IMG/VR virus record: IMGVR_UViG_2924798928_000002
DNA length: 64,000 bases
DNA from: a virus
Direction: 5' to 3' (one strand)
The position numbers and the translations under genes are program-made. A model generated the notes under the pieces. That model was not told the DNA's origin and searched no databases. It worked only from the letters and a program-made list of their open reading frames with translations. This document shows positions 47,533 through 57,267 of this stretch, piece by piece. Numbering within the stretch: position 1 is the stretch's first letter; the number at the start of each line of letters is the position of its first letter.

Positions 47533-48001
47533 GGTGTATTTGGCGATGTACAAACACAAACGCGACTGGCGCAAAGAGCCAGTCAAAGCGATAGCCGACC
47601 GCATTACTCGATTTTGCACAAAGGGCAAATACTCGCACTGCGAGATTGCCATTGAGCGTATTGAGTTTGGCAATGGGCATCATTATGAGCATGCGACAGT
47701 ATATGACTGCTACTCCTCGTCAGTACAAGATGGCGGGGTGCGTTGCAAGCAAATTGATGTAAGCGATAGCACAAAATGGGATTTAATTCCGCTTGATGGT
47801 GTGGCTGAAGAACAAATCAAAGCCTATTTTGACCGCACTTTGGGTTGTAAATACGACTGGTGGGGCGCGTTAGGTATTGTTCTTGGGATTAAGCAAAAAC
47901 GAAGCAAATATTTTTGTAGCGAATGGTGTTTTAATGCGATTTGCGGTGGGGAAAATGGCTGGCGATTTAGCCCGAATCAGTTGGCAGCGATGTTTAAGTA
48001 A
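47525..48001 (+). CDS. Permuted papain-like (NlpC/P60 superfamily) protein
   Basis: YSHCE before YDW..G and FCSEW...SP (His precedes Cys). Confidence 0.7.
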   Translation: MAKVYLAMYKHKRDWRKEPVKAIADRITRFCTKGKYSHCEIAIERIEFGNGHHYEHATVYDCYSSSVQDGGVRCKQIDVSDSTKWDLIPLDGVAEEQIKAYFDRTLGCKYDWWGALGIVLGIKQKRSKYFCSEWCFNAICGGENGWRFSPNQLAAMFK

Positions 48002-48209
48002 GGAAAAATTTAATGGTTGAAACAACAAACGAAAATCAGACAATTTCGCCAAGAAAACAAAAGTTATTGGATGGGCTTTGTTTGATGGTAGCAATCGAAA
48101 ATTGCAAGATTTTGAAGTATTTGGATAATTCAGGAAGATTTGTGAAATAGCTGCTTTTTGAAAAGCATTTAATGTAGAATACAGAAAATAGGCATAAAGG
48201 AGTCTTTAT

Positions 48210-48878
48210 ATGGATGAATTAAGCATAAAAATCGTGATGCTACTATTTCCTGGTATTATTACAACGATATTTCTTGATAAATTTACAGAACATAAACCTT
48301 GGGGGAACTATATCTACTCATTATTGATCATTTTTTATGGAATCTTGGCTTATTTTACCTTGCAACTAATACAACTTTTTTCCCAATTTCTACATGTCGG
48401 CATAGATAATTGGAAAGAATATAAGGTGGTTTTCCTTAATTCTTGGCAATTTGTGTACAATGTTTCGCAAAAGAATGAAATCCCTTATTCGGAAATTATG
48501 TGGGCTGGAGTTGTTGCATTGATTAATGCCATGCTTTTATGTCGATTAGAGAAAACAGAGGTTTTATCCAGATTTTTGCAAAAATGTGGTATTACTGATA
48601 AGTATGGAAGCTATAGTGTTTTCGTCCTAATGTCAAAAAAATACGAAGGTAATTACATAGATGCTCTATTTTATAGCAAAAATCTGATGTACCGCGGAAT
48701 TATTGATTCTATCAATGAAAAAGAAAATGAATATGAGTTGATTTTAAGAAATGTAACACTATATAGGATTGAAGATAGTGGTAATTTAAAACCAATATCT
48801 GAAATGGATCATGTCTGCTTAGCTTGTAGTTATAAAGACCTGATCTTGCAATCACCCAATAGACCACCTTCAAGCTAA
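48210..48878 (+). CDS. AT-rich multi-pass membrane protein (moron)
   Basis: LLFPG N-terminus, about three transmembrane segments, soluble C-terminus; AAGGAG RBS. Confidence 0.75.
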   Translation: MDELSIKIVMLLFPGIITTIFLDKFTEHKPWGNYIYSLLIIFYGILAYFTLQLIQLFSQFLHVGIDNWKEYKVVFLNSWQFVYNVSQKNEIPYSEIMWAGVVALINAMLLCRLEKTEVLSRFLQKCGITDKYGSYSVFVLMSKKYEGNYIDALFYSKNLMYRGIIDSINEKENEYELILRNVTLYRIEDSGNLKPISEMDHVCLACSYKDLILQSPNRPPSS

Positions 48879-48892
48879 ATGGTAGGAATTAA

Positions 48893-49087
48893 ATGGCAGA
48901 TAAAAAAAATACTAACCCAATAAAAAATAATGTAGTTTCCATGGAAGGGATGACACTACGCCCCCTCAATGAAGGACTAAACTTTAAAGTTAGAGTATTA
49001 CCTCAAAATAGAGATGATTACACTAGTAGAATAGATAAAGGAGATTCTCAACCACCTAAACCTCAACCACCATCAGCAGTTAAATAA
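48893..49087 (+). CDS. Small Pro-tailed hypothetical protein
   Basis: AGGA RBS; ends QPPKPQPPSAVK. Confidence 0.6.
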   Translation: MADKKNTNPIKNNVVSMEGMTLRPLNEGLNFKVRVLPQNRDDYTSRIDKGDSQPPKPQPPSAVK

Positions 49088-49262
49088 TTAAAACAATTTA
49101 ATTCTTTTAAAGATACAGACTCTGATAAATTGTAGTCAATACCTCAGCAAGCTATTCAGGTAAGTATGAGGATAATATATTTACAAGTTCTAAAGTATAA
49201 ATTTTAAACGCCCTTTAATGATGATTTAAAGGGCGTTTTTGTTTCTTACTTTTAGTGAACAA

Positions 49263-49346
49263 TAACCGCTTAAAATGGGAAACGTTCAATTTTTCAAATT
49301 TCTCACTTTTAGTGGTTACGTTTCCCAAAATTCGCGGACGGCTACA
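49263..49346 (-). repeat. Mu-like right end with three transposase-binding sites
   Basis: R1 49321-49340 and R2 49299-49318 in tandem; R3 49263-49282 inverted; terminal CA. Confidence 0.85.
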
Positions 49347-49373
49347 CCCATTTTCATCAAGTTTTAATTTCAT
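49347..49373 (-). pseudogene. Head scaffolding protein, 5' fragment (MKLKLDENG)
   Basis: ATG at 49373 with GGAAGGA RBS; continues at the left junction. Confidence 0.9.
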
Positions 49374-49467
49374 ATTGGATTTCCTTCCAGTTAGTTAAGG
49401 TTGTGCCTTTTCCAAGGCGTAAAAAAAACCGCCTACATTGCTGTAAGCGGTTCAATATAATGTTTTA

Positions 49468-49746
49468 TTAACTACGTCTAATGGCTTCAATCGCTTCTTC
49501 CACCGTTAAATTGTAATTATCAGTTACTCTACGGTAGAAATGAATAGCATTGGGATTTTCTCGAAGTGCTTTTATTTTACGAGCCTTTTCTTCTTCGGTC
49601 GGTTTGTAATTTTCAAGTTTCTTTTGAAACTCTTTTGCCTCTTTCAAAGAAGTTTTCATATCTTCCATCCATTCTTCAAAAGGCATTTGAAAAACCTCTT
49701 TCGCAATCCGTTTTTGCTCCTCTAAAGGTAAATCAAGCACTGACAT
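49468..49746 (-). CDS. Putative immunity protein of the MuF toxin
   Basis: Small charged ORF abutting the MuF-ART stop codon. Confidence 0.6.
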   Translation of the reverse strand: MSVLDLPLEEQKRIAKEVFQMPFEEWMEDMKTSLKEAKEFQKKLENYKPTEEEKARKIKALRENPNAIHFYRRVTDNYNLTVEEAIEAIRRS

Positions 49747-51327
49747 TTATAATTCCCTCGCTTCAATTACGGTAACATTACCATTCATATAGCGATCTTT
49801 TATAAAGAACTTAGTTCTATCTTTAAATAAAACTTCTCGTTCATCAGGATAATCACTAATATCTTCGATTATTTTACCATTCTTACTTTGAATAATAAAT
49901 CGAACATTACCTTTAAAAGTTGATAAACTATTATCAATGCTTGAACTCATAAAAGCTTTTTCTGTGACTATTTTACCTATCTGATATTTTTCTAATACCT
50001 CATCTGGCAAAGTCGTATCGCGATAAGTCATACCGTTATAAGCAGGCACTTTGTCCAACCCTTGATTTACCACAGCAATAAACCGCTTATCGGTCAGTGT
50101 AAGATTATCATTACGCATATTGTAATTTAAATCCCAATAAAGCTCACTCGTGTAGGCTTTCATTGCAACAAGCTCGTGATGAGTAATGTTATAAGCGGCT
50201 TTAAATGCCTGAATTTTAAGGCTGTTTTTTACTTCTTCTGAAATACGTTGATAAATATCTTCCGCTATCCAAGATTGCGTATAGGATTTTTGTAAATCCC
50301 TCAACGTCAACGCCCTGCCAGATTGATCTAACATATCCGAGAAAGTAATTACACCACGTTCCCATAAATCCGCCTTGCCTTTGCCGAGAACTTGCTCTCT
50401 TTCTTCGTGGGTTTTGCTGTGTAACCACGATTCATAATTGATTCGCTCATCGACCTGTCCATTCATTGAAGCACGGGTGCTAGTTGGCATTTCGTCCATT
50501 CCTTGCACGCCTAATTCCTCCCAGCTTTTGGTGACAAGCTGAAGAATGCTGCGACAACGTGGGTGCAGCGGTGGGCGCTTGTAGGGAATGTTATGCCCGA
50601 TTGGCTTTTTGTCCAAATCCCATCGTTTGCCATCTCGTACTTGGCAAACTGCGGAAGTCCGCATATCCAACGTAGAAAGGTGCTCTTCACCTGAGAGAAT
50701 ATCTAAATTTGCATCGCGAAGTTCTTCGTGAGCAGTGTCCGCCACTTTTGCCACCGCCGTAATCACTAATGTTTCCGCATTGCGACGGCTAATGTTCATC
50801 AATTCTCGCACTTCTGTTGTCAGCTGTCCGTTTTGCTTTCCTTCTGCTACACCAGAGCGGATAATTCCTTCAAACTTAAAGGCTAAATCGGCACGCTGTT
50901 TATTCCACCATGCTTCTAACGGTTGCCCTTCAATCACAGCAACGTTTTTAATCGCTTTAATACGTTCTTTTGGCACATCATTAAACAAATCAAAGCCGAT
51001 TTCATCGTTATAAAGCTGGCTGATTTTGCTGGCTTCAAACGATAAAAAACCGCTTAACTCGTCTTGCGTGTAAGCGGTTGTTTCTTGGTAAGTTTTTGCA
51101 ATTTCCGTTTGCAGTTCTGTAAGCAGTTTATCTAGTTTCTTTGCGGACAAGCCTTCTACACCGATAGCACTGATGCGGTTAATCAGCGATTTTTGCAATG
51201 TATTTAACCGCTTGTACACCTGTTGTCGCAAGTGAGCATCATAGCGAAAATGCAAGATTTTGCGGTCGGTTAAGGCGTGGGCAATGCGTTGTCTAAGCGT
51301 TGGTTTCTGATGTTTCTTCGTTTCCAA
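49747..51327 (-). CDS. MuF minor head protein with C-terminal ADP-ribosyltransferase
   Basis: STLDMRTS..C, PPLHPRCRS; C-terminal YR...FMSSS...EREVLF (R-S-E). Confidence 0.88.
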   Translation of the reverse strand: METKKHQKPTLRQRIAHALTDRKILHFRYDAHLRQQVYKRLNTLQKSLINRISAIGVEGLSAKKLDKLLTELQTEIAKTYQETTAYTQDELSGFLSFEASKISQLYNDEIGFDLFNDVPKERIKAIKNVAVIEGQPLEAWWNKQRADLAFKFEGIIRSGVAEGKQNGQLTTEVRELMNISRRNAETLVITAVAKVADTAHEELRDANLDILSGEEHLSTLDMRTSAVCQVRDGKRWDLDKKPIGHNIPYKRPPLHPRCRSILQLVTKSWEELGVQGMDEMPTSTRASMNGQVDERINYESWLHSKTHEEREQVLGKGKADLWERGVITFSDMLDQSGRALTLRDLQKSYTQSWIAEDIYQRISEEVKNSLKIQAFKAAYNITHHELVAMKAYTSELYWDLNYNMRNDNLTLTDKRFIAVVNQGLDKVPAYNGMTYRDTTLPDEVLEKYQIGKIVTEKAFMSSSIDNSLSTFKGNVRFIIQSKNGKIIEDISDYPDEREVLFKDRTKFFIKDRYMNGNVTVIEAREL

Positions 51328-52681
51328 AACTCATTCCCTCCGATTGCAGGCGTTCTTGCTCTGCGTTCCATTCTAAGCCGTCGGCTAATAAACCACGACG
51401 TTTGGCTTCGTCAAAGGTGGATTGATTCGAAATCACGCCAGCATTACGTAACTGAATCACACTTGCCATTGAAGCGGACGGGTCGAGATCGTTTTCAATG
51501 TTGCCAGAAATCTGCACGTTACCCACCTGCTCTTTGGCAATGCCAAGCCAATGCCCTGTATATTCCAAGGCTAAATCAATAGCATCTTCAAATCGGTTTG
51601 CCAGTAAACGTAGCTGGGAAATTTCTTTGCCTGCTTCATCACGGGCTTGACTGTCAGTCATTGCTAAGGCGGTTTTGGTAAGCAACTTCGCCCCTGCGGT
51701 TTTCATTTGCTCTTCCAAATCTTTCAGGCTTTCAACACCTGAAGCAATTGCGTGTCCTGAATGTTCGACAAATTGCATTGAGCTATCAACAGGTAAATGA
51801 ATCGCGCTACCACCAATAGCAAGCTGTTTCACTTCATCATTAGAATAAATCGCTAACAACGGTACGCGAGCAATGTTAGTGATATTGTCCTGATCCGATT
51901 GAGACTGCCAGTGTTTTACATTCAAATACGCCAACTCCATTAAAGGCGGCTCAATGGCATTGGTGAGTTCGTTACGCTTTGTGATAAATGGCACGACAGG
52001 CACAAAATCAAGAGGTCGATTTTGGGCAGTGAGGAGCAATTCCGATTCAAGACGAAACTCGCCTTCCGCTTCGCTAAATTTCCGCACTTTACCGATTTCG
52101 TACACATAAACGTGTTTCACGGTTTTTACGCCAAATTCGCCATCCTCAACCTGTTCATTTACAACATAGCGGAATTGAGTAATCGCTTGTTTACCATTTA
52201 CTCGTGCGGTTTTAATACCCAGTACTTGATGCGGTTTAATATGTACCCAATATGGACGGGCATTTAAGGCTTTCTCTTCTGCGCGACTTTTCACGACTTC
52301 TACGCGGGTAAAATCAATCAGAGCGAACGAGCAACCATACGCCAAGGCGGAATAAAACCAACGGGAGGCGAATACATCAAGGTTATTGCCTGCTAAATCC
52401 ACATCATCAAAAAGGGCTTGCACCGTTTCTGTTACATCGGCAACGTCAATCGGGTTGAAGAACACTCGACCTGTCATTTGCGAAAGGGTTTCCGACAATG
52501 CAGGATAAAGGGTCGAACGCTCAAGGCGTTTGCGGTAACTATCGGATTCTTCCATTTCCATTTGGAAAAGATAGGTTTGTGCGGCTTTCCGCATTGTTGC
52601 TGTGCCACCGAGTAAATCATCAATGATTTTGGTTTTCTTGGTTAATTCCACCATTTCAGCGGTGGGAAGATGAACTGACAT
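51293..52681 (-). CDS. Portal protein (DUF4055-like)
   Basis: Follows TerL; RPYW, PPLMELA.LN..H.Q.QSD. Confidence 0.85.
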   Translation of the reverse strand: MSVHLPTAEMVELTKKTKIIDDLLGGTATMRKAAQTYLFQMEMEESDSYRKRLERSTLYPALSETLSQMTGRVFFNPIDVADVTETVQALFDDVDLAGNNLDVFASRWFYSALAYGCSFALIDFTRVEVVKSRAEEKALNARPYWVHIKPHQVLGIKTARVNGKQAITQFRYVVNEQVEDGEFGVKTVKHVYVYEIGKVRKFSEAEGEFRLESELLLTAQNRPLDFVPVVPFITKRNELTNAIEPPLMELAYLNVKHWQSQSDQDNITNIARVPLLAIYSNDEVKQLAIGGSAIHLPVDSSMQFVEHSGHAIASGVESLKDLEEQMKTAGAKLLTKTALAMTDSQARDEAGKEISQLRLLANRFEDAIDLALEYTGHWLGIAKEQVGNVQISGNIENDLDPSASMASVIQLRNAGVISNQSTFDEAKRRGLLADGLEWNAEQERLQSEGMSFGNEETSETNA

Positions 52682-52690
52682 AGTGAATCC

Positions 52691-53926
52691 TTAATAGAGT
52701 TTGAGGCTGGTTTGTTTAAAATCGCCTCGTTTCTTAATCAAAGGCGTTAAGGCATACCGCAATGCATCAATGTAATGGTTATTTGCATCGATAATCTGTG
52801 GTAACACATCACCTGACAAACGGTCTGTTTTGTAGCTGTATAAGCGAAATTCATTGAGCGTCTCTTTGCAACGTGGGTGAATGTACACCTTGTTGTAAGA
52901 CTTGATATGCTCAATACCATCTTCAACCGAGCCTTGCCATTTTTTCACACCTTCCATTTGCGGCACACCGTGTCGTCTAAGGTAACTAATCGACTCAGGT
53001 CGAGCCGAATCAGCCCGCACTTTATGTTGAGCAAATTCAGGAATACGTTGTGTGATAAATTCTGCCGTTTCGTCCAACTCTAACCGCACTTTGCCCGCTT
53101 CATATTCAATATATAAATCATTGTTGAACACCCAGCATTTCACCGCAGCAGTCGGGTCGTTCGCAAAACCAAAGTCTAATCCGTAATATGGACCGTTGAA
53201 ATCAGATTGCGGCGTAAACATCAGTTCTTTGAACTTATCACGGAATATCTGTGCTTCAGATTGTTCGAGATAATCACCTTGCCAAATCCAACGATAAGTA
53301 GCATCATCGAGACGCTGCTTGTCTGCCAGACGTGTTTGCTCAAGCTCAGCAGGAAACCACGGATTGTCGTGGTAGTTCATTTCTACAATCTTACTGTTTT
53401 CAGGCTTATGCTGTCGAAATCGTTCATCAGTTGCCGAACCTCGTTTTTCAGGGTTCCACGTTACCCAAATTTCAGATTGATGCTCACGCACCGTTGGCTC
53501 TAATTTCTGCCACGCGATTTCGCTGACGGTTTCCGCTTCTTCTACCCACGCCAGCAAAATACGGGCTTTGGATTTAATGCTATCAAGGTTATGCCTTAAT
53601 CCTGCAAAAACGTAAGAAATCCGACCGCTTCTGGTTTTAATAAATTTCTCACCAATAATAAAATGTGGCAACAACCATTCTGTTGAAAGAATCGCCTGTT
53701 TTACCTCTTCAAGCGAAGATTCCTCTAATGAGTTCATAAACTCACGGGCGCATAAAATCACACCGCTATCGCCAGCCATATCCCTTTTATATGCCCAAAC
53801 AGCCGTCATTAAAGCAAATGTACGTGTTTTTGCAGAGCCTCGCCCACCATAAGCGCCTCGATATCGACACTCACCTTTGAACACATCAACCAATTTGGCA
53901 GGAATAGAAAGTTGAACCTTACTCAC
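52691..53926 (-). CDS. Terminase large subunit (PBSX family)
   Basis: GGRGSAKT, WVEEA, GLDFGF..DP, NHYIDALRY. Confidence 0.93.
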   Translation of the reverse strand: MSKVQLSIPAKLVDVFKGECRYRGAYGGRGSAKTRTFALMTAVWAYKRDMAGDSGVILCAREFMNSLEESSLEEVKQAILSTEWLLPHFIIGEKFIKTRSGRISYVFAGLRHNLDSIKSKARILLAWVEEAETVSEIAWQKLEPTVREHQSEIWVTWNPEKRGSATDERFRQHKPENSKIVEMNYHDNPWFPAELEQTRLADKQRLDDATYRWIWQGDYLEQSEAQIFRDKFKELMFTPQSDFNGPYYGLDFGFANDPTAAVKCWVFNNDLYIEYEAGKVRLELDETAEFITQRIPEFAQHKVRADSARPESISYLRRHGVPQMEGVKKWQGSVEDGIEHIKSYNKVYIHPRCKETLNEFRLYSYKTDRLSGDVLPQIIDANNHYIDALRYALTPLIKKRGDFKQTSLKLY

Positions 53927-54422
53927 TGCTTACCCCGACAAGTTCGATAATAGTTGGCTGTAATGGTTTGCCTCCTGAAGTAATATCGACACCGTCTTTG
54001 AAGATACCCAAATGTTTACCAAGTAACTCCAAAGCTTTATTTGCCGCAGAAGGTTCATACACAAACTGTGCCACATCATTGCCCATCACTTCGCCATTTT
54101 CGCTTTTGCTTGGAATGGTAATCACCGTCGCTTTCTTACCCATTGAAATATCCACATTTTCAATTAAGCGACGAATCACTTCGTCTTGGGTGATTTGTGT
54201 GCGCTCCGACCGCTTGTTTTGGGCTTGTTGAATTGCCTCTTGCACTTCAACTTTTTTCAACAATCGCTGACCGATTGAATAGCCTGTTTGCTCACTATAC
54301 CCTGCTCTTATTGCTGCTTGCGTTGCATTTAAATCAACAAGATATTCTTCAACAAATTGCTTTTGTTTATCAGTTAACTTCCCCACGCCATCAGACGTGG
54401 ATTTTCCTTTCACGTCTGACAT
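53919..54422 (-). CDS. Terminase small subunit
   Basis: LTDKQKQFVEEYLVDLNATQAAIRAGYS, KALELLGKHLG. Confidence 0.92.
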   Translation of the reverse strand: MSDVKGKSTSDGVGKLTDKQKQFVEEYLVDLNATQAAIRAGYSEQTGYSIGQRLLKKVEVQEAIQQAQNKRSERTQITQDEVIRRLIENVDISMGKKATVITIPSKSENGEVMGNDVAQFVYEPSAANKALELLGKHLGIFKDGVDITSGGKPLQPTIIELVGVSSE

Positions 54423-54431
54423 AGAAAATCC

Positions 54432-54947
54432 TTACTTAATCGGCAGTTCAATCTGCAGTTTATCTTCAAAAACGCTTAGCGTTCCTTCAAGCAATGGCTT
54501 TTTACCTTTCCATTGACTTAAGCCAGCACCGCATAAACTCGCAAAACGTTTATCTGACTGATATTCGCCAAGCACTTGGTAATATTGCTCAAGGAGTGTC
54601 ATTCCGCTTTGAACTAACTGCTCTTGCATAAAATTAAAGGCTTTGATGTAAGCAATCTTGATTGCCATTGCTTTCTTAGTTTTATAACCCATAACCAGCA
54701 ACATAAAACCGTCTTTTGTCATCTCGAACATTGGACGTTTTTCGCCTTTTTTGTCGATATATTCAACCAAACCAAAATTGGTTCGGTTAAATTCATCATC
54801 TCCTGCCTCTAAAATTTCACGAATATCACGCATAACGTGATGATGATATTTACCAAAAACCTTTGCTACCATTTCTGATGTGGTAATCGTTTTTGCATCT
54901 TTATTTTGTACAAATTGCTTAAAGTTTTCTGGATTAGCTAATTGCAT
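54432..54947 (-). CDS. Rha-family regulatory protein
   Basis: TTS..VA..FGK.H..V.RDI, MTKDGF..LVMG, YIKAFN.M. Confidence 0.9.
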   Translation of the reverse strand: MQLANPENFKQFVQNKDAKTITTSEMVAKVFGKYHHHVMRDIREILEAGDDEFNRTNFGLVEYIDKKGEKRPMFEMTKDGFMLLVMGYKTKKAMAIKIAYIKAFNFMQEQLVQSGMTLLEQYYQVLGEYQSDKRFASLCGAGLSQWKGKKPLLEGTLSVFEDKLQIELPIK

Positions 54948-55076
54948 ATTTTTTCCTTCTGCTGAATTTTAGATAATAAAAAACCCGACCATTTCTGATC
55001 GGGTTATTTAGTCCTAACAAAACTACCGAGAAGGCTTGGTTTCTACCAATTTAAAGATGTTAGACATTAGTCGTGA

Positions 55077-55358
55077 TTATTTACTGCCTTTTGCTTGATT
55101 AATCCACTTATTGAGATTATCTACTTGGCTTGCGCACTTATCTCGCTCTGCGGTTACCTTAACAAGCTGTATGACTACATCACCGTATGTCTCACCGGTA
55201 AATGCTGTTTTAACACAAGGTGCAGTATAGGCTTGAGGTGGGTAAATATATTCTGCCTTGGTCGTGACTTTATTTGTACAGGCGGTCAAGAGCAGACTGA
55301 GGCAAACGAGTGTGAGCACAAGGTTGTGTCTTAATGATTGTTTTAACTGATTCAGCAT
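55077..55358 (-). CDS. Rz1-like outer-membrane spanin lipoprotein
   Basis: Lipobox LTAC; overlaps the Rz-like gene. Confidence 0.75.
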   Translation of the reverse strand: MLNQLKQSLRHNLVLTLVCLSLLLTACTNKVTTKAEYIYPPQAYTAPCVKTAFTGETYGDVVIQLVKVTAERDKCASQVDNLNKWINQAKGSK

Positions 55359-55593
55359 TTTCTGTTGCCATCCTTTCTATTTCATCATTACGTTGCTGTT
55401 GCTCAATGACTGCATCACGCTCTTGTTGCAGTGCAATGTTCAATGCTTTATTAGCATCTTCTTGTTGCTGAATAGTTTGGGCTTGTTGTTTTGTGGTTAT
55501 ATGCAACTCATCTATAACACTTGATTGGTAACGCAATGCGCCAAACAAAACCACTACAACAACCCCTAACGCTATGTAAATGTACTTAGTCAT
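55270..55593 (-). CDS. Rz-like inner-membrane spanin
   Basis: N-terminal transmembrane segment plus Gln-rich coil. Confidence 0.75.
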   Translation of the reverse strand: MTKYIYIALGVVVVVLFGALRYQSSVIDELHITTKQQAQTIQQQEDANKALNIALQQERDAVIEQQQRNDEIERMATENAESVKTIIKTQPCAHTRLPQSALDRLYK

Positions 55594-56188
55594 TATCAGT
55601 TACCATTAATGCTCGATATAGCTTGCAACGCTCATCAATGCCATTTAGCCCACCATTAATTCTTCGAGTCACTTTCTCTACCGAATTAAGATCGGCTAAT
55701 TCACAGAGTTTCCAATACCAAACAGCAGCTTTAACTGATAAGTCTAAATTACTTGCTATATCTTCTGGCTCAATATCTCTACCTAACCATTTTCTAAACG
55801 CGGCATAATTATCCTTACCTGTGATCTGAATCAGTCCACGACCACGATACTTCCAACCATCTCCACTTTTCTCATCTCCATTACCCAAACGATTAGCATA
55901 AACACGATTAGCTATTAGCTCAGGTTTGCGCTCATATTTCTTGGCTGTAAGTGGATCGGGGAAATATTTACGGAAAGTTTGAGAAAGCCCAGACCAAGAA
56001 TAATTTAAGTTTTCTTTAAATCTTGTAAATCCTCCACTTTCATGCCCGCATTGAGCTAAGAACATAGCTTGTTGCATCTTAGTCACACAACCTGCTTTTT
56101 CTATTTGTTCTGAAATGGCTTGATAAACGCCCTTAACTGCATGAGGGAAAATTTTATTGAATGTCACTTCGGAAATCATCATTGTCAT
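55586..56188 (-). CDS. Glycoside hydrolase family 19 endolysin
   Basis: FLAQCGHES, YRGRGLIQITGKDNY, INGG.NG..ER. Confidence 0.92.
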   Translation of the reverse strand: MTMMISEVTFNKIFPHAVKGVYQAISEQIEKAGCVTKMQQAMFLAQCGHESGGFTRFKENLNYSWSGLSQTFRKYFPDPLTAKKYERKPELIANRVYANRLGNGDEKSGDGWKYRGRGLIQITGKDNYAAFRKWLGRDIEPEDIASNLDLSVKAAVWYWKLCELADLNSVEKVTRRINGGLNGIDERCKLYRALMVTDND

Positions 56189-56513
56189 CTTTTTCAATTC
56201 TCCGATTAATGAATTTAAATAAGAATTCGCGAATTTTCTCAGTACCAACAAAACCAATCATCGTGCCAAGAAATGAGGAATATTCGCTATGCCCAAAAAT
56301 ATGAGTGCAGATAGGCACTGCTACGCCAGCAATAGATGCACACATAGCTGCATCAATGAACACATATCGGAAACTTGGTTTTTTACGCATAAATCCAAGT
56401 CTTAAAACAGAAATAAATAATGCCCAAAGGGCGCTTTGAATAGAGCTAGAACTCAAATTAATTTGTAACCAAGACCATATTAACGCCCATACATCAGGCT
56501 CTTTAATTGGCAT
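56154..56513 (-). CDS. Lambda-family holin
   Basis: MPIKEP start, three transmembrane segments, IGFVGTEKIR. Confidence 0.82.
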   Translation of the reverse strand: MPIKEPDVWALIWSWLQINLSSSSIQSALWALFISVLRLGFMRKKPSFRYVFIDAAMCASIAGVAVPICTHIFGHSEYSSFLGTMIGFVGTEKIREFLFKFINRRIEKDDNDDFRSDIQ

Positions 56514-56699
56514 ATTTCCCCCTAATTTTTTAGGCAATAAAAAAGCCCACGCATTAACGTGAGCTTGTGATAGATGGCCTTACCCCGTGCGATTTCTCGC
56601 CCAATAAAGTCTAACAAGGTAAGGAGCTATTACTGTAAACAAAAAGCCCCGACCGTTTCCGATCAGGGCTGTAAAATTCTTTCTTGCGTTTGCTATGCG

Positions 56700-56750
56700 C
56701 TAAAACCGCAATATAGTACATATAATACACTTTTAGTGTGCACTGTCAAA
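56700..56750 (-). promoter_or_regulatory. Late promoter pR'-like
   Basis: TTGACA-16bp-TATTAT followed by a second -10-like element, then terminators before the holin. Confidence 0.5.
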
Positions 56751-56824
56751 CGGTTTTATCATTTTTTTCGATGTATAATAAAATAACTCCCCTTGAAATA
56801 GGAGCTTATCAAGGGGAGATAAGA

Positions 56825-57238
56825 TTACGCAGATAAGATCTTATCTGCTGCGATTTTAGCTAAAAAACTGCTACGGTTTTTATATTCACGATGTGTTGAG
56901 ACAAAATCATCAATGCGCTTAATTAAATAAGCAGGCATTGTAATGTTGATTTTTTCAGATTTACCTAATAAATGGGTAATATCCACATCTACCACACCAA
57001 AGAACATTCCATAATTTGTAAAATCAGGGTTGTTACGGTGATTTTCCATTGATGTTGGCAATGGTACTTCTTCGCCCATTTCAACCAATAATTCCAAATG
57101 CCCCGCAATAGCTTCTTTCGCATTAATATAGGCTTCTTCAAGCGTATCACCGGCAGAAAAACAACCAGGAATATCTGGCACTATAACACCAAATGCGTGA
57201 GTTTCGTCGCCCGGCTCAATTGCGATTGGATATAACAT
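56825..57238 (-). CDS. hicB: HicB antitoxin
   Basis: VPDIPGCFSAGDTLEEA plus RHH (KINITMP...RSSFL). Confidence 0.92.
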   Translation of the reverse strand: MLYPIAIEPGDETHAFGVIVPDIPGCFSAGDTLEEAYINAKEAIAGHLELLVEMGEEVPLPTSMENHRNNPDFTNYGMFFGVVDVDITHLLGKSEKINITMPAYLIKRIDDFVSTHREYKNRSSFLAKIAADKILSA

Positions 57239-57267
57239 AATCTTTCCTCTTTGCTTTAATAGCAGGG

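Larger units (their letters stand above)
13976..49346 (+). mobile_element. Complete Mu-like transposable prophage (35,371 bp)
   Basis: Begins TGTA (13976), ends TACA (49346); CCCAT duplicated at 13971-13975 and 49347-49351; c-ner-A-B-gam-mor-lysis-head-tail order. Confidence 0.97.

Noticed and set aside
45855..48001. Invertible tail-fibre segment or diversity-generating retroelement
   Set aside because: No invertase or reverse transcriptase ORF, no second fibre tip and no template repeat seen
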